A stretch of 19,356 nt of DNA from Ascoidea asiatica JCM 7603 (lineage: Eukaryota > Fungi > Ascomycota), in assembly GCA_001600695.1 (NCBI GenBank), contig BCKQ01000001.1:707521-726876 (forward strand), read 5' to 3'. The notes under the pieces were generated by a model. The model saw nothing but the letters and a program-made list of their open reading frames with translations. It searched no databases and was not told the origin of the DNA. The translations under genes and the position numbers were made by a program. Below, piece by piece: positions 11,207 through 19,356 of the stretch; within the stretch, counting starts at the first letter, position 1; every line of letters starts with the position of its first letter.

Positions 11207-11684
11207 GCGTGTATGAAGTTATTTTTATGTCTTTTAAAACTTGGTAACGTTAACAATGCAGCATTAAAAATACTTTTTTACAAAAAGAGCATATCACATC
11301 CATGGCTTTTTCACCATTAGCACTCAAGTAAGATCTAATACTTTTGATTTCAATATTTTAATATTAAATAATTTTTTCTAATAATTGTAAAACTGTCTTG
11401 TTGGATTGAGTTAAATACATTTTTACTCTTGTTCTTTCTCAAAACTACGAAGAGCATACAAATTACAGTAAAAATAATCCCCTAAAGCCTGAAGTCTATT
11501 TGTTCAATCACGCGTGCTTATGTAAATGATTTTTTATTTTCAATCTTAGGTTTTTCTGTAATAGCTAATGAAATTTTCAAGTAATTAATTAATTTCATCA
11601 AAGTTTCATCTATTTATGTCAAAATTGTCGAAATAGTTCTACAACTCAATTCTCAAAAGGAAAAAATTTAGTCAATTTGAAGAA

Positions 11685-12032
11685 ATGAGTAGAGAATTAA
11701 AAGTTTCTAGAACACTGTCTTCATCTAAAGGAATTTTTAAAAAACCACCAAAACATGAAAAGGGTAAAAAAATAACACTTCAAATTATAAATGATGATGA
11801 TCGAAATTTTTTTTTTAGAGTTTCTGGTCAAACAAAATTCAAAAAAATTTTTAAAACTTACAAAAGAGCTGCAAATATAACAGATATCTCAATTTTTAAC
11901 TTTTACTATGTTGATGAAAGAATTAATGAAACTAGTACTCCAGATGATTTTGAAATGAGAGAAGGTGATATAATTGATTGTCAACTTCAAAAAGATGGAG
12001 GAGGTTCGCTTAAGTTTGATTCTAGACGATAA
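11685..12032 (+). CDS. Divergent SUMO (Smt3)-like ubiquitin-fold protein, 115 aa, with GG motif and C-terminal extension
   Basis: Aligns by eye to the SUMO core (KITLQI...FFFRV...TKFKKIFKTY...F.YVDERINETSTPDDFEMREGDIID..LQKDGG), compared with Smt3 (HINLKV...IFFKI..TT.LRRLMEAF...[35 protein letters not shown]). Intact ATG-to-TAA, A-rich start context (AGAAATG). Confidence 0.85.
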   Translation: MSRELKVSRTLSSSKGIFKKPPKHEKGKKITLQIINDDDRNFFFRVSGQTKFKKIFKTYKRAANITDISIFNFYYVDERINETSTPDDFEMREGDIIDCQLQKDGGGSLKFDSRR

Positions 12033-13048
12033 TATGAGTCTTCATTTTTTAATCGTTAGCTTTAACTACTGTTTGATATTTCTGTTTTTATTATTGAATT
12101 GTTTATTTCATTTTCAAAATTATTATATGGATTGTAGAAAATTGAGAATATTTGAAAATAATAATATAAGTTTCAAAAAAAAAAGCTATAATCAGAATTC
12201 TTCCTTTTAAACATTTTTCTGAAATAAATTTATAATCATAATGCTTATTACAATTCACTGATATTTTATAATTTAAAAATACTTCAATAATCCTTTCCTG
12301 TTGGTTTTCTTTTATACCGTATATTGGTTGCTTTCACAATTTTTTCGGTTCATCAAAGGAATATACTTATTTTCTTTTAAAGGCTTTTTGACAACAGTTT
12401 CTTACACTTTATTTATTCAATTGGAATTTTACTTGAATTATTATCATTATTTTAAGATTTTCAATAAATTTTTTATTTTCAAATTGAACTTTTCAATTTT
12501 AATCTCATAGTTGGTAATCATTTATCACTTATTATTTGTAAAATCAGTGCCTTTACTTTATATATCCCAAATCATTTAAATTAATAGTTAATTGGAGAAA
12601 ATGTCAAAATGCAAAAGTTAAAATAATGGTTTGAAAAACATTCATACAGTATATTGGTAATTGTATTAATTCAAACTTATATATACTAAGAATCATTCTC
12701 ATGTCTATTTTTACTCTGTTATCCTGAAAAGTTTTTGATTTGTTTTTGCTTTCATTAACTTATTTGTGATATCCAATTTCAAATTTTTTCTCAAAATTAC
12801 TCCTCAAAATCTTTAAATAGAAAAATAATACATTATTATAGCTTGAGTGAAGAAATTTAGCTAGTTCAAACAATTATATCCTATTGTAAATAAAGAAGCT
12901 TAAATTTTTGAATTAAGTAGAAAAATGGATGAATGATAAAATATAATTACTATTTTATCTTTTAAAAAGGGATTGAAGATTATCTGAAAAATCAAGTCAG
13001 AGTTCTAGTTCAATTATTAATAGCTAATTGAATTAGATCTAGTTCTGT

Positions 13049-13327
13049 AAACCCTGGCTGCTCATAAAAAATTTTTTTTTAATAAAAATTTCCATTGTCT
13101 TAATAATATTAATTCTGTAAAACTTCAATATTTTCATTCAACTTAAAATTTCATCTTTCAATAAAAATATCTTACTAAGAGTGTTTATTTACTTTTCCTG
13201 TAAACGAATTAGTCAAAAATAGATCTTGAAGCAACAAAAGTACCATAATGTGGCCTTTAGGATTCAACATTACTGAAAATGTATCAGTTAGAGTACGCTA
13301 AAAATTATCTTTTTATCCAACCCACTA
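13049..13327 (-). pseudogene. Possible decayed Ty1/copia reverse transcriptase (RVT_2) fragment
   Basis: One minus frame reads *WVG*KDNF*RTLTDTFSVMLNPKGH...NSFTGKVNKHS...NIEVLQ...DNGNFY*KKIFYEQPGF. This is colinear with the copia consensus KWVFKIK...RYKARLVAKG...ETFAPVAKLES...LEIHQ...LNGDL.EEIYMEQPEGF, with identical W-to-KG spacing. Identity is low and there are many stops. Confidence 0.4.
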
Positions 13328-14612
13328 CAATAGTAGCTGTGAAAATATCTTGTCTTCACCTTGGGAATAATGGTCAGTCTAACGGCTATTTATTCTTTGT
13401 TCTATGGAAAAAAAAAAAAAAATATAAAATAGAGGGTAAATTTCAATGTCTGTTGCAAAAAGATTCTCTAAAATGAACTGAAAATAATATACATGTATGT
13501 GTTTATTAGGAATATCTTTCTCGATACTCGATACATGTACGCAATTCAAATACCGATACATATCTGCTTAAACTAAATACTTCAGAGTATTGACTTAAAA
13601 AATATTGATCAAGGCAAAAAGTAGTAAATTATCAAATTATGTAGAACTGCACGGTATACAAATTACACCGGAACTGGAATATCGTGTATATTTCATACCA
13701 GGTCACCCTTAGAGAATTTTTAATGTTACTAGACTACATTTGAGCTCATGTAAAGTTTTCTGACTATTTTAACTTTTACAGTATCTTAAAATTACAAAAT
13801 CTTTAAGCCAAATTTTAATCACAACATTTCAAACTAACCCTTCTTGAAATTAAACCAGGATAGATTATTGCAAGAAAGATAAAATCTCGTAAAACAGTGT
13901 ACCAAATTAAATCAGCCAATATTAATCTTCATTTCTCTGCGACAAAAATGAAGTTCTCGCAATAATAGTCGCCAGTGTTTCGAATAATTTTACTCGTCAA
14001 CTCTCAACATTTAGTTTTCACTAACTTTTATATTACGACATCTCTAGAGAATTTTGAATAATATTTACTATTTCAAATTTCCTTTAATTAATTTAGCGAA
14101 ATTCATTTTTTTTTCACTCTCCAAATCTTCCCTAAAATTCGTCGATAATTTTTGTATAAATAAGAACAAATAAGCAATAACTTAAATAAACGACCATCTT
14201 TATTTTTTTAAAACTATCAGTGTTTTTGCTCAGTTTCTCCAATGTAATTGATGCCTGTTCACAGTTGCAAAGCATTGTTATGTTATTTTGAAATATCGTG
14301 CTCGTAAATAATAACATTAGTGTTAGATTTATGGATAACATTATATGTCTGGGAAAGTAATTAAATGAGCCCCATATTTGATGCTCTTACTTGAACTTAT
14401 TGAAGACATATTCTTAGAGCTTTTTTAAATTTTTTTTGTCAAATTTTAGTTTGTTGAAGTTTAGAAATTTAAATATTCAAAATAACTGTTTTATGCTTAA
14501 CGTAACAGAATTTAAAATATTTATTTTTATGATGTTTTTTTTTTTCCGGACTTAATCATTGATACAATAAACATTACAATTTCAACCCCAAGAACTAGAT
14601 TGAGTAATTTAG

Positions 14613-16080
14613 TTATCAATTGAGAAATACTTTACTCTCAATAAAAAGATACCTTTTAGTCATACTGTAGCTAATTTTTCATTTTCATCAGATTCTTTAA
14701 ATAGTTCAACCTGGCTTAAATGTGTTTTAAAATATATTAAATGTTAAGAGAAAATACCAAAACGACGCATCAGTAGTTAATCAATTCAGTTTAAAATAAT
14801 TGAAAGTGTTAACTTTAAATGATCTGCTCAAATATTTATTCTCTACACTATATTACGCATAAAATCATAAAAATTGATCTTCAAGACTATCTTATTGAAA
14901 ATGTCCTAATTATACTAGTGTTATCCTCTCATATTAGACTATAAGTAATTGAATAACCTCTTTTATAGGCTGAGATTTTCTGTAAATGTTAAATACTTTG
15001 ATTGAAAATTCATGTTTTTTTTACAAAAAAAATTATAATTTGAGCTTCAAATATTTGAAATTTCCTTCAAATTTTTCGTTTCAAAGCCTTTATCACCTCA
15101 TTGTTTCCAAGTATCAACTATAACGGCTAAAAAATTAACAATTAAATCTAAACAATTGTATTTGTAAATTAAGAATATTTAGACAAATTATAACCTATTC
15201 TTCAAAATAGGGAGTTAGAAATTATTATCTATGAATTTTTTTCACGATATTAAAATGAAAAAAGAAAAACGAGTTTCCTAATTCAGCTAAGTCATTGTCT
15301 ATTAAATCTTTTTATTTGATATAAATATCATAGCGAAAATTATTATAATACTAGAAACAACAAGAAATCATTTTTTTACGACAATCGTATATTATAATGA
15401 AGTTTCTTATAAATTCAGAATTTTTTCTCAAAACAAATAGTTCTGCGCAAAAATATGTAAACATACAAAATAATAATTAACCGAAGGCATTATTCTGCGC
15501 TAATGTTTTACATAAGTAGAATGTGATTATTTTGTTGAAATAAAACTTTTTATGTAATTATTTCATTATGTTAGTAAAAATAATTACCTTCCACCTGTAA
15601 CAATGAAATATTTATCTCATTGGGCTAACCAGAAAACAAACATTTGATTATACATGCAAGTAAAAAGTCTCGGATGGTGACTAAATGTTAGTCTCGACTA
15701 AAGTTACCGAGAAGCTTGTTATTATAGAAGTAAGATAAAGTTTCTGACAACATCAGAAACAAATGCAGATACGCTAAAAATATATGCATCTTTATTTGAC
15801 TTGGCTGCCTTTAAGCATAAGTATGTCTGAATGATTCAAATCTTCGGCAGAATATCTGCACTTTTACTTTGTAGCACTTGAACAACCAGATAATGGACGA
15901 CAATAAATTTACTTGCCGGAATACTGGAGCTTAATAGAATCTCCATTAGATAATTTCACTCATGAAATGCAATCTAATAACTGTTTGTAAATGGTTTAGC
16001 AATGATATGTAATAAATTTAAAGACAGCATGTACAGAGCTTGAGAGCAAAAAACTCATTGCCTTCCTATTTATACAATAA
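14613..16080 (+). pseudogene. Decayed Mutator-like (MULE) DNA transposase with N-terminal FLYWCH-like zinc finger
   Basis: 14628-14747 reads YFTLNKK...VANFSFSSDSLNSSTWLKCVLKYIKC (FLYWCH-like). 15519-15830 reads ...LPPVTMKYLSHW...I*LYMQVKSLGW*LNVSLD*SYREACYYRSKIKFL, in register with the CxxH motif and the following SLG....D.EFR......AFL. After a frameshift, 15835-16080 reads SAEYLHFYFVA...YLPEYWSL...QSNNCL*...KKLIAFL, matching DYF...P..W...RTNN..E...KFI..L, with TAA (15988-15990) at the catalytic Glu position. Confidence 0.6.
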
Positions 16081-16882
16081 TATGTTTAATCAACGGGCAA
16101 ATATATTTTCCACCAAACAAAAAAGTCCAACTAGAATCCTTAATTCAATCACTTTATGACCAACTTCATATATGAATTTTCTTTTACTCAAAAAATCAGA
16201 TTTCCTCCAATAATTGAAAAAATGTAAAAAATTTCATGGTGAAATTGAAGAAATTTCAAGTGGGCTAGTCAAAGTTTTTTGGATAATAACAATGAATACT
16301 TATCCAATTTCAAAAACGCCATTTTGATTAAAATATTAATTATGTTTTAGCCAAATTTAGTGGGCGCATTTTTGAGAAATTTCATTTTGAAAAAAAGCAG
16401 TAAGAAAGGAAATAAATTCGGTGCTTGATTTTGATGAATTTAGTAGGTTAAAATCCTCTTTTTAAATGGTGATACTATTATTTCAGGTTTTGATTAATAA
16501 CCCTCCGATCTTATTGATATTTCCTTTTTTGTCTCTTTAAGAATGAGTTAAAACTGATTTTGCTAATAATATTTGAATAATATTAAATGCGTCATACATA
16601 TTATGGCCAGATGAGAACAGAATTTGTTTAAAATATTTTCTTAGATTCTCGATTCTTACTTAATTTTGAAGTGTTGTTAAGTGCTTCTCAAATAAATTGA
16701 AGAATATTATTAAAAAACTATGATACTGGTAACACTAATTGAAACCTTTTGGGCTTAATAATAGTTTTTTTACTCTTGGCAAATTCAGATTTATAGCAAC
16801 ATCAAAGTTAACGTTAGCGTTAACGTTGGCGTTACAAAAAGCTGATGGACCCTAATCCGTTGGCTGTATACCACGGTATATG

Positions 16883-17327
16883 GAAACCGAGAGTCACTTT
16901 CTCACGATTTGAAACTGTGGCAACAATCTCGGAAACTTTGGATGCACGCGATTGCGCCTTTGAAAGCAGTTACCTAAACTCTAAGTTTGTGTACCTGATC
17001 CAAAATATCAAGACAACTTAAAACTAAATATAATCAATATTCTCAGGAACTTTAATAACAGCCAGGTTATAACCAATTATTGGCATTAGCACTTATATTG
17101 ATATGAATAAAATATAATCTCCAAAATCATACCCATTATCGTACGGATCCTGAATCTTTTACTTTTATTAGTTTCATTTTTATAAGTCCTGATACTCTTT
17201 AACGGAATAATGTATAATAAGTTGAACAATTATCAGAGGCTCCCTTTTTATTTGATCCGTTTTAATTAATACTGTTGACAGAAATGCTTCAACAATCATT
17301 TCGGACCTCAGTTCTTATAATACTGAG
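16883..17327 (-). pseudogene. Possible decayed Ty1/copia integrase core fragment
   Basis: Minus strand, with frameshifts: LSIIRTE/GP ... VLIKTDQIKR ... KNETNKSKRFRIRT/DNGYDF (17148-17123, 1-nt deletion) ... TWLLLKFLRILIIFSFKLS*YF ... VHKLRV/G ... EKVTLGF. The order follows copia LIHSD.WGP, FIDDYSR, ENQTGKKIK.LRSDNGGEF, NRTL...R.ML..S.LP.YFW, HLRVFG, CIFLGY, but several deletions are needed. Confidence 0.45.
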
Positions 17328-17350
17328 TTATGATCCCGTGATTATTTTTT

Positions 17351-17414
17351 TGTTTCAATTTTTTGTTTCAATTTTTATTATGTGTTTCAATTTTTTGTTT
17401 CATATTTTATTACG
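17351..17414. repeat. 32-bp imperfect tandem duplication built from TGTTTCAATTTTT units
   Basis: tgtttcaattttttgtttcaatttttattatg / tgtttcaattttttgtttcatattttattacg. Confidence 0.75.
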
Positions 17415-17483
17415 TGATTACTTTGTTATTTATTTTTTTAAATTTTCGTGTTTGTTTATTTATTTCTCCATTAGGGAGACCTT

Positions 17484-17989
17484 TGTTTACATTTCGAAAA
17501 CCAGCATGATATTCAAAAAGATATTAAAACACTTTTAATTATTTTAATTTCATTTCATTTATTTTTCAAATTATTATTAATCTTTATTATTTATATCAGA
17601 TGTCAAATAACTTACTAAATTTACCTTTCTCTTCTTTAATTGAAACAATTAAATAATTTGAAAATAAGTTAGGACTTTATCTCCCTTTTATTTTGGATTT
17701 TTATGTTCAACTTAAGGACACAACTTTTTTTATTGATGATTCAAGTGATATTTCTATTACTAATAAAACTAAAAGATTGTTTCAAAACTCAATTAACGCA
17801 AGTGCAAATCATATAATCATTTCAAAAAAAAAAAAAACAATTTACTATAAAATGCTTTAATCTTTTTTTCTCTTTTTAATTTTATTAATTTTTGAATTAT
17901 CATAATTCAATTTGTTTTTAACAACCTCAACTTATTAATAAATATTATTTTTTTTATATTAAATTAAAAAAATCTGACTTTTGTAAACA
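17484..17989 (+). repeat. Candidate 5' LTR (506 bp)
   Basis: Begins TGTTTACA (17484-17491) and ends with its perfect inverted repeat TGTAAACA (17982-17989), 7 nt before the PBS. The second LTR is outside the window, so the left edge is unverified. Confidence 0.4.
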
Positions 17990-17996
17990 GATAAAG

Positions 17997-18014
17997 TGGT
18001 GGTCCCTAGCGGGA
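17997..18014 (+). other. Primer-binding site complementary to the 3' 18 nt of tRNA-Ile(AAU)
   Basis: TGGTGGTCCCTAGCGGGA is the reverse complement of UCCCGCUAGGGACCACCA. As recalled, S. cerevisiae tRNA-Ile(AAU) ends UCCCGCUAGAGACCACCA (17/18 match). It is a GC-rich 18-mer in very AT-rich context. Confidence 0.85.
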
Positions 18015-18170
18015 AACTTTACACGTTTTATTGTTTTTTGTTCCAAAATTATTTATCAAATATCGCAGTGTTGGCCATAAGTCAGGTAGAATTTACTGGA
18101 AAACATCTTATTCGTTACAGTATCCATTTCATCTAATTACCTACCTTTTTAGCTAATCAATTTTATTAAA

Positions 18171-18407
18171 TGGCATATAGTTGCTAGTATCATTTATTAT
18201 CATTTACTATTATTATTTATTATTATTATATCACTACCTTATTTAGCAATTATTATAGGTAATTGATTTATTATTCATTATTATAAACTGGCTTATAGTT
18301 GCTAGATTTATTCATCATCATATACTATTTTCAATTATTATTATTAGATCCTTACTTTATTTCAATTATTATAAAATTGTATTGATCTATTATTCATTAT
18401 CATTAAC
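18171..18407 (+). repeat. ~118-bp imperfect tandem repeat (2 copies plus partial TTGCTA-containing copies) in the retrotransposon 5' leader
   Basis: TGGCATATAGTTGCTAG... at 18171 and TGGCTTATAGTTGCTAG... at 18289. Both continue through CAATTATTATA...ATTGAT.TATTATTCATTAT. Confidence 0.75.
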
Positions 18408-18646
18408 TATAATATATTCAGAACTACTTTTATTATAATCTACTATTATTGCTAGATTCTTATATTAAGCATCACTTATTATATTATCCAATATTACTTA
18501 CTATCACCCTTTTGCTACTACTGTTATTTAAGCTTAACTACAACTATTGCTAAGCTTTAAAACCAATATTTATTATCTCTTATATCCCTGGAGATAAACT
18601 ACAAAAAAAAAAAAAAAAAAAAAACTATATTTGACTATTTATCATC

Positions 18647-19356
18647 ATGTCCTCACCTCCAGATTCACCAACTTCACCAATCATACCTATTCACGCTGGA
18701 CTATCAGCAGGAAATGAGTTCAATGCATTGAAAATATTTTTTCAACAAGGACAATTCCCTAATTATATTCCACTTACAGTCGGAGACATTCCTGACTGGG
18801 CAATGATCATTAGTTATTTGAAAGGTTTCAAAGTTTATTGCCAGCTATACTCAATTCCTGAATATTCAATTATCAACCATTTAAAAGAAAAAGTTTCAAA
18901 GAAGCTACACATCTTTTTTACAGCGTTATTTTTACTGTATGAAAGAACATATAAAAGTAATTGGGATCTCTATGATGCTGCACTAAAAAGAATGCCTAAG
19001 CCAATTAAAAGGGATAGTGAATTTAAGGCTACTTTAGAAAAAAAGTATACCGATCTAAAATCAAGCTCAAACGAAGAATACAATTTTGAAATCAGTACTT
19101 TAGTTGCAATCATTGACTATATGATTGATGACCAAAAGATATTGGGAAATAAAATTCCATGGAGAACAATCTACGATTTTTTCAGATCAAAGTAACCCTT
19201 CCTATTCACTTTAACTATACCACATTTCCCTAAAGTACATCAAGAACTTTCTTCAAACAGGAAAATTGGTAACCCTGATAAAAATTGGCAACTATTTAGC
19301 CAGAAACTTGAAGAAAATTCATCATTTGCAACTCATGATCCATCTAATCCACATTT
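18647..19356 (+). pseudogene. Gag-like (retrotransposon capsid) ORF interrupted by an in-frame TAA at 19193-19195; the frame stays open to the window end
   Basis: 182 aa with capsid-like patterns (SNWDLYDAALKR ~ TWEEFKKALK; LKSSSNEEYNFEISTL ~ major homology region L.Q.SVEEY...F..L; FFRSK*P ~ F..GLP). After the stop come 53 further sense codons (PFLFTLTIPHFPKVHQEL...DPSNPH). The ORF lies directly downstream of a PBS. Confidence 0.65.

Larger units (their letters stand above)
17484..19356 (+). mobile_element. 5' portion of an LTR retrotransposon, probably Ty3/gypsy-like (candidate LTR, PBS, leader, gag); truncated by the window end
   Basis: 18-nt tRNA PBS at 17997, a 632-nt leader and a gag-like ORF at 18647. 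The left boundary is tentative (8-bp terminal inverted repeat only). Confidence 0.75.

Noticed and set aside
11120-11260. GTCACGTG as CDEI of a point centromere
   Set aside because: It is not followed by a >85% AT CDEII or a CCGAA-containing CDEIII.
312-12032. Non-standard CUG decoding (CTG is rare: 2 in ROM2 exon 3, 0 in ARO9, 1 in the SUMO-like gene)
   Set aside because: The rarity is explainable by AT bias, and none of the CTG codons is at a conserved diagnostic position.
13001-13040. 16-bp imperfect hairpin CTAGTTCAATTA...TAATTGAATTAG
   Set aside because: The stem is AT-rich, lies in decayed sequence, and is expected by chance at this composition.
13651-13712. ELEYRVYFIPGHP* resembling the end of gypsy RNase H (EY...Y.PG)
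   Set aside because: It is an isolated short match with no upstream TDH or downstream N..AD.LSR motif.
16413-16423. AAATTCGGTG matching RNase P RNA CR-I
   Set aside because: The preceding GGGA and the other conserved regions are absent, and the context is AT-rich.
16845-17021. 58-aa plus-strand ORF (MDPNPLAVYHGIWK...) and the adjacent 12-bp tandem GTTAACGTTRGC
   Set aside because: It has no recognisable product and lies antisense to the putative integrase relic.
18603-19195. Poly(A) + ORF read as a Zorro-type LINE ORF1 or a retrocopy tail
   Set aside because: The upstream tRNA PBS and capsid-like motifs favour an LTR element. This is not fully excluded without the downstream pol.

Overview
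AT-rich eukaryotic DNA from a budding yeast (Saccharomycotina-type GTATGT/TACTAAC/YAG introns); the species cannot be fixed from this window. The left 12 kb holds three genes. (1) A Rho1 GEF, ROM2-like (DEP-RhoGEF-PH-CNH, minus strand). The ORF track truncates it: it is a 3-exon gene, join(6834..6702, 5150..4868, 4551..312), 1551 aa, with 1551-nt and 316-nt introns. (2) An ARO9-like aromatic aminotransferase (minus), with a candidate Aro80/GATA promoter. (3) A divergently oriented, strongly diverged SUMO-like gene (plus) that keeps a C-terminal di-glycine. The right 7.3 kb has no intact host gene and reads as a nested transposon graveyard. It contains by-eye remnants of a Ty1/copia element (minus; integrase ~16.9-17.3 kb, RT ~13.0-13.3 kb), a decayed FLYWCH-MULE (Mutator-like) transposase between them (plus, ~14.6-16.1 kb), and the 5' part of a better-preserved Ty3/gypsy-like element. 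That element has an 18-nt tRNA-Ile primer-binding site, a repeat-rich ATG-poor leader, an A22 tract and a gag-like ORF with an in-frame TAA, and it runs off the window. The transposon-remnant calls rest on manual translation against remembered family consensus motifs and need HMM confirmation.
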